DNA of 64,000 nt from an uncultured delta proteobacterium (GCA_963696385.1 CAVOKF010000005.1:736001-800000); one strand, 5' to 3'. Positions 46,895 through 58,372 are shown, numbered from the stretch's first letter. A program made the numbers and translations. The notes: generated by a model from the letters alone, not told the origin.

Positions 46895-46961
46895 TGAGCC
46901 GGACGACGGTGCCGGTTGCGCCGGCGGCGCGAGCGCCCTACGTACGCGCATCCGAGCGAAG

Positions 46962-49900
46962 ATGCCGCGCGTGACGCTGACCTCCACGCTTCGGGAGCAA
47001 ACCGGCCTCACGCCGGAGGAGCTGTCGGCCGGTCTGCAACCGACTCCCGAGTCGCTCGAGCCGCTCGAATCACTCTTGCCACCCGAGGGCATCGTCGCGT
47101 CGCGCGTCGGGGACGTGCTCGCTCGGGTCCGCGGGCCCACGCGGCAAAGGCTCGATGTCGCGGGCGTACACGGTTGCGCGGGAGCTGCGATCGTCGCGGC
47201 CTTTGTCCGTCAGGGACGCCGCGTCGTTTTCGTGGCACAAGACATCGACCTTGCGCGCCGCTCTGCGGACGACGTCGGATTCCTCACGCGAGGCTCGTTC
47301 GACGAGAACGCGGAGGAGACGGGCGAAGGCGACGTGATCGTCTTCGCCGCGAACGAATCCTCGCCGTACGCCGAGGTCAGCCCGGACCGCCGTGCCGCGA
47401 TGAGCCGAATGGCGACGTTGTTCCACCTCGCGCAGAACAGGCCGTGGCGCGTGCTCATCATCCCTGCGACGGCTCTTGTACGCAAAGTCGTTCCGAAGGC
47501 TGAGCTCACGAGGCGCGCCGATCGAATCGTCGCTGAGTCGGAGATCGACCGCGACGCGCTCGTTGGCGCGCTCTCCGAGGCGGGCTACCTGCGGGTTCCG
47601 GTGGTCGAGGACCCCGGCAGCTTCGCGGTTCGTGGCGCACTTCTCGACGTCTGGCCGCCATCGAGCGAATGGCCCGTGCGGGTCGAACTTTACGGTGAGC
47701 TCGTCCTGTCGCTCAAGCCGTTCGACCCCATCGAACAGAAGACGATCAAGGACGCGGCGGAGCTCAAACAGATTCTGGCTGTCACCGGCGCGGGAGGCGA
47801 TCCTCGATCCGCGTACCGTTGCGCGAGCACGCTCGCGACTCACGCAGCTCGCCGACTCGATCGACTGGCCGACGACCAAGGTTCGGGCGCTCCTCGACGA
47901 CGTCACCAGCGGCAGGTCCTTCTTCGGTGCCGAGGGCTTTCTGCCCGCGTACTACGAACGAATGGACCCGATCCTCGCGTACGTGCCCGCGGACGCGGTC
48001 CTCGTTCTCGAGGACCCGCCCAGCTTGACGCGCGCCGTTCGCAACGAGCTCGAGCGCGCGCGAGCGGACGCGGAGCCGAAGAGCGGCGACGGCCCCAAGT
48101 TCCTTCCCGAAGCCTTCTTCGCCGACGAAGAGGACGTCGCGCGCGAGATGGGCTCGCGCACCGTCGTTGCGCTGCACCGTACGCTTGCCGTCGGGCGGGC
48201 CGAAGGCGGCATGGGTTCGTTCGAGAGCCCCGCCGGCGATCCACTCCACCTAGCGTCGCGCGATCACGACGATCTCACGCGTGCCATCAAAGTGGCGCGG
48301 TCCGCGAAGGGCAAGAGCGCGGGGCTCGCGCCGCTCGTTCGCCGAGTCCGTCACTGGCTCGATCACGGGATGAGGGTCTTCGTCACGGCGCGAGCGCAGA
48401 CACAAGCCGAGCGTCTCGTGATGCTGCTGCGTCACCAGGATGTCGCGTGCAAGGCGCGACTGTCGGCGTTCGACCCCGCTTGGCTGGACGAGCCGGCCCA
48501 AGACGGGGTTCAGGTGGTCGTCGGACCGCTCGCGCGCGGCACGATCATCCCGGCGGACGGGTTGGTGCTCGTCACCGAAGAGGAGATCTTCGGCGCGCGC
48601 ACTCACCACCGTCGTGACAAAACGCGGTCCGCCGATCCGGCAAGGCCATTTCTCGAAGACCTGCGAAGTCTTTCGCCGGGTGACTACGTCGTGCATGGCG
48701 AACACGGGATCGGCCGTTACCAGGGCCTCGTCCACAAGAACGTCTCGGGCCTGACCGTCGACCTCATCGCGATCGAGTACGGAGGCGGAGACAAGCTGTA
48801 TTTACCCGTCTGGCGCCTCAACCAGCTCGAGAAATACGTTGGCGGCGAGCACGCCCAGCCGAAGCTCGACAAGCTCGGCGGCAGCACGTTCGCACGCACC
48901 AAAGCGCGCGTGGCACGCGAGGTCCGCAAAATGGCCGACGAGCTACTGCGTCTTTACGCCGAACGGCGGGCGGCGGCGGGCGACGTGCTGCCGCCCGCAG
49001 ACGACGACTACCGGGCGTTCGAGGCCACCTTTCCGTTCGACGAGACCACCGACCAGGCGCGCGCGATCGACGACGTGAACCACGACCTCGAGTCGCCCCG
49101 GCCCATGGACCGCCTCGTGTGTGGCGACGTCGGCTTCGGCAAAACCGAGGTGGCGTTGAGAGCCGCATTCCGAGTCGCGATGAGCGGCAAGCAGGTGGCC
49201 GTCCTCTGCCCGACGACGGTGCTCGCACAGCAGCACTTCCGGACGTTCGAGGCGCGAATGGCCGGCTATCCCGTGAACCTCCGGGCCCTGTCGCGCTTTC
49301 AATCGAAGAAGGAACAAGAGGAGACGGTCCTCGGTCTGAGAGACGGCAAGGTCGACGTCGTCGTCGGCACGCACCGGCTGCTTTCGAAGGACGTTCACTT
49401 CAAGACGCTCGGACTACTCGTCGTGGACGAAGAGCAGCGCTTCGGCGTGACTCACAAGGAGCGCATCAAGCAATTGCGCGCGCAGGTCGATGTGCTCACC
49501 CTCACGGCGACGCCCATTCCGCGGACTCTGCAGATGGCCGTCACGGGATTGCGCGACTTGTCGCTCATTACGACGGCGCCGGTCGACCGGCGTGCGGTCC
49601 GCACGGTGGTCACACGCTGGGACGATCAGGTCGTGCGGGAGGCCGTGCAGCGAGAGCTGGCGCGCGGCGGGCAATGTTTCTACGTGTACAACCGCATCGA
49701 CAAACTCTACGAGAAGGCGCAGCGTCTCCAAGAGCTCGTGCCGACCGCTCGAATCGCTGTCGCCCACGGACAGATGAGCGAGACCACTCTGGAGGAGACG
49801 ATGCTCGACTTCGTGGACGGCCGTTACGACGTCCTGGTGTCGACGGCGATCGTGGAAAGCGGGTTGGACATCCCGCGGGCCAATACGATGATCATCGACC

Positions 49901-50673
49901 GGGCCGATCTCTTCGGCTTGTCGCAACTCTACCAGCTGCGTGGACGCGTCGGTCGAAGCAAGGAGAGGGCGTATTGCTACCTGGTCGTGCCGCCACAGAA
50001 CGTCATGAGCGACGAGGCCCGATCGCGCATCGAGGCCCTTGAACGCCACACTGAGCTCGGCAGCGGCTTCCAGATCGCGTCACTCGATCTCGAACTGCGT
50101 GGTGCCGGCGACCTTCTCGGTGGAGAGCAATCCGGCGACGTGGCTTCGGTGGGCTTCGATCTCTTCTGCCGCATGCTGGACGAGGCCGTGCACGAGATGC
50201 GCGGCGAAGAGGTGGTGCACGACGTCGATCCCGAACTCAGCTTCGACGTGGAGGCGCTCTTGCCGGATGCCTACGTGACCGACGTCGGCGTGCGCCTGTC
50301 GCTCTACAAGCGGCTTGCGAGCGCCGTGGACGAGGCGCACGTTGTCGAGATCGCGGCGGAGATGGAGGACCGCTTTGGCGCTCCCCCCGAGGAGGCGCGA
50401 CGCTTGGTCAAACTGATGGCGCTCAAGACGGAGCTACGCCGGTTGCGTGCGCTCGGCTGCGAAGCGAACGCCCGCTTCGTGACGCTGCATTTGCGCGAAG
50501 ACACGCCCCTCGATCCGGCGAAGATCGCTGCGATGATCCGCACGTCGCGCGCCACGTGGAGGCTGACGCCCGACATGCGTCTTTCCCGTCGGTTCGACGA
50601 GGGGGCCGGAGACGGGTTGGCGAATGCCGAGACTGCGCTTTCGGAACTGGCGGCTCGACTGAAGGACGCGTGA
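46962..50673 (+). CDS. mfd: Transcription-repair coupling factor, +1 frameshift near 47772-47775
   Basis: VEDPGSFAVRGALLDVW in one frame; VVHGEHGIGRY, CGDVGFGKTEVA, DEEQRFG, TATPIPRTL, QLRGRVGRS in another. Confidence 0.96.
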
Positions 50674-51890
50674 CGCTCGTGACTTCGGCAAAGGAGGCGA
50701 ACGAGCGCAGCGAGCCCGCGATGCCGGCGCTTCGTCCCTCCGCCGCCGAGACCGCGGAGAGCCGGGGTGCGGCTCCGGGCAGTGCCGAGGCGCTCGCGCG
50801 GAGCGAGCGATACGCATTGGGCTGGGCCGCTGCCGCAGCGATGGCCGTTGTTTGGTGGATCGTGATGCCCGTCGGCGTCGGACTTTTGCTCGGAACTCTG
50901 TTGGCCTTCGTCGTTCAGCCCATCTACGAACGTTTCATCCCCGTATTCGGCCGCCGAGGAGCGGCGCTCGGAGCCGTCGGCGTGACGGCGATGAGCCTCG
51001 TTGCCAGCGCGGGCGGTCTGGTATGGCTGTTGGGCGCCGAGGGCGCGGGACTCGCGCGTCAGCTGATCGACGCGGTCGGCCCGCGCGGGGGCGGGAGTCG
51101 TCTGATCACGCTGTTCGGCCATATGACGGATCGGTTCGGGGTCACGCCCGAACAGCTGCAGGACCGTCTTCAAGGCGCCGCAGAAGGGGCCGCGGCTCGA
51201 GCCGCGAGCCTCGCCGAAGCGCTAGTGGCGGCTTCCGCATCGACGCTGCTCGCGCTTTTTTTTGCGATGCTCACCATGCACTTCATCCTGCGCAATTGGC
51301 AGAGGGTATCCATCCGCGCCCAGCAGGCGCTGCCCCTGAGGCCGGACTACACGCGCAAGCTCTTCGAAGAGTTCCGGCGTGTCGGACGAACGACGCTGCT
51401 CGGCACGATCGGTACCGGGCTCGCGCAGGGTATCTTTGCGACCATCGGATACGCGATCTGCGGGGTTCCCAAGCCGCTGTTCTTCGGCGCGGCGACGGCG
51501 GCGGCGTCGCTCGTTCCGGCCGTCGGAACGATGCTCGTCTGGGTCCCGGTCGGGGTCGTGCTGTTCCTGACCGCACACCCTCTGGCTGGCGGTTTCGAGC
51601 TTGCCTGGGGCGCGGCCTTCGTCATGGCGGTTTGCGACTACGTCATCCGGCCGCACTTGGTCGGGGCGGACGCGGAGATGCCGTCGCTCGTCACGTTCGC
51701 AGCGCTATTCGGGGGCGTCGAAGTGTTCGGCCTCAAGGGCCTCATCATGGGCCCAGTGCTGATGGCGCTTGCGATTGCCGTTCTGCGGCTTTATGTAGAC
51801 GAAGCTGCGAGCCGTCGGCAGAGTATGGCCCATCTGGCCCAGGCCACAGAATCGGGTCCGGCGTCGGGCAAGAGTCCACCCCCGGCCTGA
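50670..51890 (+). CDS. AI-2E family transporter
   Basis: Multiple TM helices; SLVPAVGTMLVWVP, DYVIRP, FGLKGLIMGP. Confidence 0.9.
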   Translation: MTLVTSAKEANERSEPAMPALRPSAAETAESRGAAPGSAEALARSERYALGWAAAAAMAVVWWIVMPVGVGLLLGTLLAFVVQPIYERFIPVFGRRGAALGAVGVTAMSLVASAGGLVWLLGAEGAGLARQLIDAVGPRGGGSRLITLFGHMTDRFGVTPEQLQDRLQGAAEGAAARAASLAEALVAASASTLLALFFAMLTMHFILRNWQRVSIRAQQALPLRPDYTRKLFEEFRRVGRTTLLGTIGTGLAQGIFATIGYAICGVPKPLFFGAATAAASLVPAVGTMLVWVPVGVVLFLTAHPLAGGFELAWGAAFVMAVCDYVIRPHLVGADAEMPSLVTFAALFGGVEVFGLKGLIMGPVLMALAIAVLRLYVDEAASRRQSMAHLAQATESGPASGKSPPPA

Positions 51891-52054
51891 ATCGTCGGAG
51901 GATGTCGTCGACGCGAACGTGATCGAAGGCCGCCCGACGGGCTGCCTCGTCAGGGCGCCCATCGGTTGCCGCCGCGTTCGACCGGACCCCTGCATAGGAA
52001 TGCAACGCACGTCTTTTCTTTTCTTGTCGCCTCAGCGGCGTCATCATGGTTGCC

Positions 52055-52210
52055 ATGAAAACTCGGGGAGAGCAGCCGAAACGCGCGGAAGACGCACAGG
52101 CGCGGCCGCGGCGCGCGCCATCCACGCCGCCCGATTCCAATGGGGCGTTTTTGCGTGCCTTGGCCGATGCGCTTCGCGACATCTTGCGCGACGAGCACAG
52201 CGCCGCCTGA
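52055..52210 (+). CDS. Putative small protein (51 aa)
   Basis: MKTRGEQPKRAEDAQARPRRAPSTPPDSNGAFLRALADALRDILRDEHSAA*; fills an intergenic gap, amphipathic helix. Confidence 0.5.
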   Translation: MKTRGEQPKRAEDAQARPRRAPSTPPDSNGAFLRALADALRDILRDEHSAA

Positions 52211-52252
52211 CCGGCGCCCGCGAACCGGGCGTGCCAAAGCTTTTGCGCGCAC

Positions 52253-53083
52253 ATGATCGGTGAGTCGACTCTTCGAGACAAGACGCTTTTCATCACGGGG
52301 GCAAGCCGCGGGATCGGCAAGGCGATCGCGTTGCGGGCGGCCAAGGACGGGGCACGGATCGTCATCGCTGCCAAGACGGTCGAGCCGGATCCGAGGCTAC
52401 CGGGGACGATTTATTCAGCGGCTTCAGAAGTGGAGAGAGCCGGTGGGCGCGCGCTGGCCTGCATCGTGGACGTTCGCTCGGAAGACGCGATCCGCGCAGC
52501 GGTCGCTCAGGCCGTGTCGACATTCGGCGGCATCGACATCCTCGTGAACAACGCGAGCGCCATCAGCTTGACCGGTACCCTGGACACGCCTGTCCGGCGT
52601 TACGATCTGATGCACCAAGTCAATACGAGGGGCACTTTCGCGTGCTCGCAGGCGTGCCTGCCGCACCTGCTCCGGGCCGCCAATCCCCACATCTTGAACA
52701 TCAGTCCACCGCTCGTCCTGCAGGAGAGGTGGTTGTCGCCCCATGTGGCCTATACGATGACGAAATTCGGCATGAGCATGTGCGTCGCCGGCATGGCGGG
52801 CGAGTTTCGACAGGCCGGCGTAGCCGTCAACGCGCTCTGGCCACGAACCGTGATTGCGACCGCGGCCACGCAAAATCTTCTCGGGGGCGACGCCATTGTT
52901 CGCGGTAGCCGAACGCCCGAGATCATGGCCGACGCGGCGCACATCGTGCTGACCCGCCCCAGCCGCGAGTGTTCGGGCCAGTTCTTGATCGACGAGGATG
53001 TCTTGCGCGGCGCAGGCGTCACCGACTTCGAGAAATACCAGACGGTTCACGGCGCCGACCTCATCAACGATCTTTTCGTTTGA
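52253..53083 (+). CDS. Short-chain dehydrogenase (HSDL2-like)
   Basis: ITGASRGIG, NNASAI, YTMTK, NALWPRTVIATAA. Confidence 0.94.
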   Translation: MIGESTLRDKTLFITGASRGIGKAIALRAAKDGARIVIAAKTVEPDPRLPGTIYSAASEVERAGGRALACIVDVRSEDAIRAAVAQAVSTFGGIDILVNNASAISLTGTLDTPVRRYDLMHQVNTRGTFACSQACLPHLLRAANPHILNISPPLVLQERWLSPHVAYTMTKFGMSMCVAGMAGEFRQAGVAVNALWPRTVIATAATQNLLGGDAIVRGSRTPEIMADAAHIVLTRPSRECSGQFLIDEDVLRGAGVTDFEKYQTVHGADLINDLFV

Positions 53084-53089
53084 GCGGCC

Positions 53090-53902
53090 ATGGATGACGC
53101 CGACTCTGGGAGCTTGAGGCGGGAGATCCTCGACGGCATTGGGTCCGTTTTGTACGAAGAGCTTGCCGCCGAGGCGTGGGGGCGCGTGCTGGTCGAAGTC
53201 GTCCGGGCTCCCAACGGCTCGATCGTCGTCGCCGGCATCGATGTCGAAGAGGTGATCGGCGACGATGCGCGCGTCGACGAAGTCTTCGGCGGTGACAAGG
53301 CGCGGGCGGTCACCCCACTGCTCGCCCGCGCGATCGAGGCCCTGTGCGCGCTCGACGGCTTGGACGTCGACGAAGTTCGCGGCGGCACCTTCGCGCACTT
53401 CGTGGACACGACGTTCGCGTGGCTTCCCGGGCTGGTCCATGCACCGAGCGTGGCTTTCGATCGAGCACGGGACGATGTCGTCGTTCGGTTGCGGGCGAAG
53501 AACGAAGATCTCGAGGCGCGCTTCGGATTTCCAAGCGGCGGCACGCCGGAAGTCGACTTAGCGCGCGAGCGCGTCCAATTTCGGACCCGAGCGGGATCGA
53601 TCGTCCGCGCCCGCGCCACGCTGCTCGGCACGTTCGCGCTCAAGTCTCGCACGTGGGGCTGGGGTGGCTCGCATCCCAACGTACCCGAAAGCGTCCGGCG
53701 CGCGTCGGCCGCCGTCCTCGACTCCATCCTCGAGCGGGACCTTTGGGAGCTGTCCACGCCGATCTTCGCGACCGACGAATCCACGGCCTGGGGACTTGCC
53801 GCGTTTGTATGCGACAGGGCCCGTGGCGATGGGGTGCTGTGCAGCAGCGAAGAGCAGGGGGGGCTCGCGTTTTTCCTGCTTCGCGATCTCGACGTGGAGT
53901 GA
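53090..53902 (+). CDS. Hypothetical protein with a DUF6882-like C-terminal domain
   Basis: ATLLGTF...SRTWGWGGSHPNVP; family call tentative. Confidence 0.7.
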   Translation: MDDADSGSLRREILDGIGSVLYEELAAEAWGRVLVEVVRAPNGSIVVAGIDVEEVIGDDARVDEVFGGDKARAVTPLLARAIEALCALDGLDVDEVRGGTFAHFVDTTFAWLPGLVHAPSVAFDRARDDVVVRLRAKNEDLEARFGFPSGGTPEVDLARERVQFRTRAGSIVRARATLLGTFALKSRTWGWGGSHPNVPESVRRASAAVLDSILERDLWELSTPIFATDESTAWGLAAFVCDRARGDGVLCSSEEQGGLAFFLLRDLDVE

Positions 53903-53926
53903 CGAGGTCGCGGGTCGTGGGTCGCC

Positions 53927-55276
53927 TCAGCGGCTGGAACGATGCCGCGCGATAGTCGTCAGGGTGGGCCGTGTGACGCCGGCGACGTCTTTGGAAGCGA
54001 AATAGGCTCTGAGGACGTCGCGCGCGACAACGTTGGCCTTGACTTGCCACGCGGGGCCATTGACGACCAGAACGGCGATCGCAACCTGTCCCAGGCCGGA
54101 CTCGGCTCGCGCGGGGGCGAAGCCCGTGAACCAGGTGTAGAACCGATGGGTCGCGGCGTCGGTCAACGTTCCCGTTTTTCCCGCCACCGGGAGGCCCGGC
54201 AAAAAGGCGCGGCCGTGCCCGTCGTGAAACGCGTGCCAGCAGGTCCCTTCGCTGACTGTGTGTTCCATCATGGCCGCGAGCTGTTCGGCGGTGTCGCGTT
54301 CAATGGCCCGGTGCGAGAAGGTCGAGGGCGATGCCGACCCCAGGACGACTCCATTGGAAGCCATGACTCGGTCCACGATGGTCGGCCGCACAGTCTCGCC
54401 CTGTCGAGCCACGATCGCGCTCATTTCGGTCGCTTCGAGCGGCGACAAGGTCGTGTTCCAAAAGCCCGCGGCGGTGCGCGCGAACTCCAGGGGATCGCTG
54501 GGTACGCGGACGCCGCTCGTCTGAACGGGCACGTCGAACGCCATCGGTTGTCCGAAGCCGAATCGGCGCGCCATGGCCTCGAGCTGAGGCGGGGAGAGGT
54601 GTTGGGTCGCGAGGCGCGCAAACACGGTGTTGATGCTGCGCCCCATCGCCCCGGCCAGCGTCGTGCACCACCGGTCGCGCTGCGGATCGTCGATCAGGTC
54701 CGAGCTCTTGATGCGCTGCTCGCCACCCGAGTAGCATTGCTTCGTGTCCGCTCCGAGATGGGCATCTTCGATCAGGGCGGCGGCGGTGACGATCTTGAAG
54801 ACGCTCGCGCTGGGAGCGAGGGCTTCGGCGCAAATGTCTCGGGGCGTCCCCCAATCCACGTGGCTGGCGTAGACGAGCAAGCGACCCGTCGGGACGTCCA
54901 TGAGCACCACGGCCGCTTCGGGCAAGTGATGCGAGGCCAAGAGCGCACTGGCCGTGCGTTGCAAGTCGCCGTCCAGCGTCAACCGAGCCGTTCCGCCCGC
55001 GGTGGGGGCGATCAGACCCGCGTCGTCCGCAGTGATTCGAAGCAGGTCCAAGCCTTCGACGCCCGTCGGTTCGGGCGACGGTACCGTCTCATGCGGGAAG
55101 GCCGGCCTTGCCTCCGCCACCTGGGCGATCGAAGGCTGCGCTTGGGCCCCGGGGGGAATCGGTGGAGGGATCGAGCGCTGCGCGATGCGCATGAGGCCGA
55201 TCGTCGCGACCCCGATCGTCGCCGTGACGGCCGCTGCGAGCATCGAGGAACGACGCATGGCCGTTCGATCTGGCAT
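53927..55276 (-). CDS. Penicillin-binding protein, transpeptidase domain only (start uncertain)
   Basis: SVFK (SxxK), SIN (SxN), KTGT; N-terminal TM. Confidence 0.92.
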   Translation of the reverse strand: MPDRTAMRRSSMLAAAVTATIGVATIGLMRIAQRSIPPPIPPGAQAQPSIAQVAEARPAFPHETVPSPEPTGVEGLDLLRITADDAGLIAPTAGGTARLTLDGDLQRTASALLASHHLPEAAVVLMDVPTGRLLVYASHVDWGTPRDICAEALAPSASVFKIVTAAALIEDAHLGADTKQCYSGGEQRIKSSDLIDDPQRDRWCTTLAGAMGRSINTVFARLATQHLSPPQLEAMARRFGFGQPMAFDVPVQTSGVRVPSDPLEFARTAAGFWNTTLSPLEATEMSAIVARQGETVRPTIVDRVMASNGVVLGSASPSTFSHRAIERDTAEQLAAMMEHTVSEGTCWHAFHDGHGRAFLPGLPVAGKTGTLTDAATHRFYTWFTGFAPARAESGLGQVAIAVLVVNGPAWQVKANVVARDVLRAYFASKDVAGVTRPTLTTIARHRSSR

Positions 55277-55446
55277 GCCACGCGCTGAGCGGCCAACAAA
55301 CGAGCCGGAACGGGATCGGCGCTGCGCGGATCGCGACCGCTTGCGCCATACGGTAAGCGGCGAACCAACGAGCCGGAACGGAAATCGGCTCCCCCTCCCC
55401 GGCTCGCGATCGCTTTCGTCATGAGGCATACGGAAGACACGGTTCC

Positions 55447-57885
55447 ATGACGCATCCATCGTCGCATTCGGTCGCGGTCGCGGTCGCCGTCACGGCCTTC
55501 CTTGCAGGAATTTTCGGCGCGCGGGGCGCGTTCGCCGATCTCCACGCCGGGGCCCCCGCCGACGGCGGCCTTCCCGCCCTCGATGTTCGTGTGGATCTGG
55601 CCCACGCGATCGTCGACTCGAATGGTACGGCCGTTCCGATTGGTCTCGATCGAGCCCAGTTTCCGGCCGAGGAGGCCGTTTCCATCGAGACCGTCTCGAT
55701 CGGTCAGCACAAGCACGTCATTCATGTGCGGGTTCCGATACGAGGCGCGGGACGGGATGGACCCGCGTGGGAGGCCATCTTGGCGGGGGGCCGTCCGCGC
55801 CCCTTGTGGGCGGGGGTTACGGGTCTGACCGACGGCGATCCCGGCGAAAGGACGGGAAAGGCGATCCAGATAATGGCCGTCGGGCCGACGGCCTACGTGC
55901 TCGTCGGAGACATCCACGAGGACAACCGAATCTGCGGACAATCGGCCACCCTGATCGACCCGCAAGCGCTCTACCCGGCCTCGCTCGAGTTCAAGTCCGC
56001 GACTGTGCATCGGCTGAGTGCCGAACAGCGCGCCGCCTCCCAGCCCATCGACGCCCGACCGCTCGCAGGTCCCTTGACGCCACCGCTGTCGAAGCTGCTC
56101 GTTGCACGAAGCTCGAGCGTTGCCGGCTCGCGTGGATTGGAGCTCGTGGACGGCGACGCGCAGACGGTTTGGCAGGAGCTTCGCCCGGGCGCGGGCCAAG
56201 GGGAATTCGTCGTGCTCGCCGCGCCGAAGGACGTGCCCATCCCGCGTTTGGCGATCGTGCTCTCACCGCCCAACCCCCGGGTCTTCGATCAGGGGGCGGC
56301 GCCCAAGACCCTGTATGTCGTCACCAGCACGCAAACGTTTCGAATTGCGATCCCCGAGGATGCCTGGACAAAGCCCGGCCAAGCGTACGAGGTCGACTTT
56401 CCGAAGCCGGTTGAGACGTCCTGTCTCTCGCTCGTGCTCGACGAGGCCTACGCGCGCGGGCTGGCTCACCCGGACGTGGGAGTGGCCGAGCTCGTCGCCT
56501 ATTCCGAATTCGACGTTCAGGGCGACACCCTCGACCAGGTGGCGAAACGGCTTTCAAGTGACTCCGGCGTCGCGGCAGCCGAGACCCTCGAGCGCGCCGG
56601 CCCGAAATCGCTCGCGGCCGTCTCGAAAGCGTACGATGGTCTCGACGCTCACGGTCGAGCCCTCGCGATGGACGTCGCGGCGAGCGTGGAGCCATGTCAA
56701 GACGCGGCGCCGTTGCTCACGCGAGCGGTCTGCGACAACGCGGGGGAGGCGTCGCGCAAGGCTCGAGAAAAGTTGGAGCGCTGTGCAGGGGTCGCCGTCG
56801 CGCTCGCGGCGCGAATGCGTCAGGACGCCGAGTCGCGTGCTTGCGTGGCGTCGTTGTTTGCGACGATCGCGCCCGGCGAGGCCCTCGAGCCCATCGCGAA
56901 CGCGCTCGCTGCTGCGTCCGAGGCGGACCGCGAGTCACGTGCCGCTCTGCGTGCTGCCTTCGGCGAGGCTCTCGGACGGGTTCCTCCGGGGCGCTTCGCG
57001 ACTCTTTTGGGCAATCCGGCGCGCAGCGTCGCGGCGCGGCTCGAGCTCATGCGCGCGGCCGATTTTCGCGTGACGGAGGCGCCGCGCGAGGTCAACGCGA
57101 CGGTGACCGAGCTGCTATCGACCGCTCCGACGATTCGTAACCGGTACCTCGCGCTCGGGCCTCTCGGGTGGTTGGCGCGAGCGGGGGACCCAGACGCCGC
57201 CGCGCGGATCGTCGACGCGCTCGCGCACGACGCCGAGTGGCCCGTGCGCCTGCATGCCGCGGAGCAGGCGACGGGAGTGCCCTCGGCGCACGTCGAGCTG
57301 ATCCGAGCGGTCCACGATCCGGAGCCGCGCGTGCGCGAGGCGGCCCTCGCGGCGCTGGTCGTTTCTCCGTCGCCCGACGCGGTGGAGCTCGCTATCGATC
57401 GGCTGGCGCACGACGACTGGTGGTTCGTGAAGACCCAGGCCGTGAACGTGCTCGTCACGGCGAAGGCGAAGTCCCGCGCGGACGACGCTCTCGGCCTCGG
57501 CTTGCGCGACCCGTCGCCTCGAGTGCGCCGGTCGATCGTGGTCGCGCTCGCAAGCCGTCGTGCGGTGGCTTGGCGCGCCGCCATTCGGGACCGGTTGGCC
57601 GACAAGGACGAGGACAACGACGTGCGCGCCTCCGCAGCGACGGCGCTCGGTGCATTGTGCGACGTAGACTCGACCGGCCGGCTGACGGATCTGGTCCGGG
57701 GCCTGTCCGTGTCCGGCAACGACTCGAACGCCGAGCAGCTCGGATTTGGAGCGCTTTTGGGGCTTTCCGCCCTGCATCCGCGCGATCTGCAGGCCCGTCT
57801 CGCTCCGCTCTTGGCGAGTGGCTCGCCGCCGGGGGTGCGCGCCGCAGCCCAGCAAGCGCTTCTGGCAAAACCGCTGTGTCGATGA
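55447..57885 (+). CDS. Exported protein with a beta-sandwich region and C-terminal HEAT-like repeats
   Basis: Signal peptide; LVDGDAQTVW (discoidin-like); DPEPRVREAA, DPSPRVR, DNDVRASAA repeats. Confidence 0.82.
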   Translation: MTHPSSHSVAVAVAVTAFLAGIFGARGAFADLHAGAPADGGLPALDVRVDLAHAIVDSNGTAVPIGLDRAQFPAEEAVSIETVSIGQHKHVIHVRVPIRGAGRDGPAWEAILAGGRPRPLWAGVTGLTDGDPGERTGKAIQIMAVGPTAYVLVGDIHEDNRICGQSATLIDPQALYPASLEFKSATVHRLSAEQRAASQPIDARPLAGPLTPPLSKLLVARSSSVAGSRGLELVDGDAQTVWQELRPGAGQGEFVVLAAPKDVPIPRLAIVLSPPNPRVFDQGAAPKTLYVVTSTQTFRIAIPEDAWTKPGQAYEVDFPKPVETSCLSLVLDEAYARGLAHPDVGVAELVAYSEFDVQGDTLDQVAKRLSSDSGVAAAETLERAGPKSLAAVSKAYDGLDAHGRALAMDVAASVEPCQDAAPLLTRAVCDNAGEASRKAREKLERCAGVAVALAARMRQDAESRACVASLFATIAPGEALEPIANALAAASEADRESRAALRAAFGEALGRVPPGRFATLLGNPARSVAARLELMRAADFRVTEAPREVNATVTELLSTAPTIRNRYLALGPLGWLARAGDPDAAARIVDALAHDAEWPVRLHAAEQATGVPSAHVELIRAVHDPEPRVREAALAALVVSPSPDAVELAIDRLAHDDWWFVKTQAVNVLVTAKAKSRADDALGLGLRDPSPRVRRSIVVALASRRAVAWRAAIRDRLADKDEDNDVRASAATALGALCDVDSTGRLTDLVRGLSVSGNDSNAEQLGFGALLGLSALHPRDLQARLAPLLASGSPPGVRAAAQQALLAKPLCR

Positions 57886-57927
57886 GACTCGACGGCGGCG
57901 CGACGTGCCGCTAAAACGTGACGGGCG

Positions 57928-58362
57928 ATGAGCGACATTCCGCGCATTTCGCCGCAGGAGGCCAGCGAAAAGCTCGCCTCGGGGTACACGTACGTCGACG
58001 TTCGAACAACCGAAGAGTTCGAGGCGGGCCATCCGCTCGGAGCCGTAAACGTTCCGATTGCTCATGCCGGCGCCACCGGGATGGTCCCTAATGCGGATTT
58101 CGTGCGCGTGATGACCGCTTCGTTCTCGAAGGACGCGCCCATCGTCGTGGGTTGCAAGGCGGGCGGGCGGAGCCTGCGCGCCGCACAGCTTCTCGTGGGG
58201 CAGGGCTTCACCAACGTCGTCGACCAGCGCGCCGGGTGGGATGGCGTGCGTAACCCGTTCGGGCAGCTGGTGGAGCCCGGGTGGTCCCGAACGGGCCTGC
58301 CGACGGAAGTCGGCCAGCCCGCCGGCCGGTCGTGGGCCGACCAGCTCAAGAGCGCCGGTTGA
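57928..58362 (+). CDS. Rhodanese-domain protein
   Basis: YVDVRTTEEFEAGH, CKAGGRS, AGWDG. Confidence 0.93.
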   Translation: MSDIPRISPQEASEKLASGYTYVDVRTTEEFEAGHPLGAVNVPIAHAGATGMVPNADFVRVMTASFSKDAPIVVGCKAGGRSLRAAQLLVGQGFTNVVDQRAGWDGVRNPFGQLVEPGWSRTGLPTEVGQPAGRSWADQLKSAG

Positions 58363-58372
58363 GCCTGCCCCA

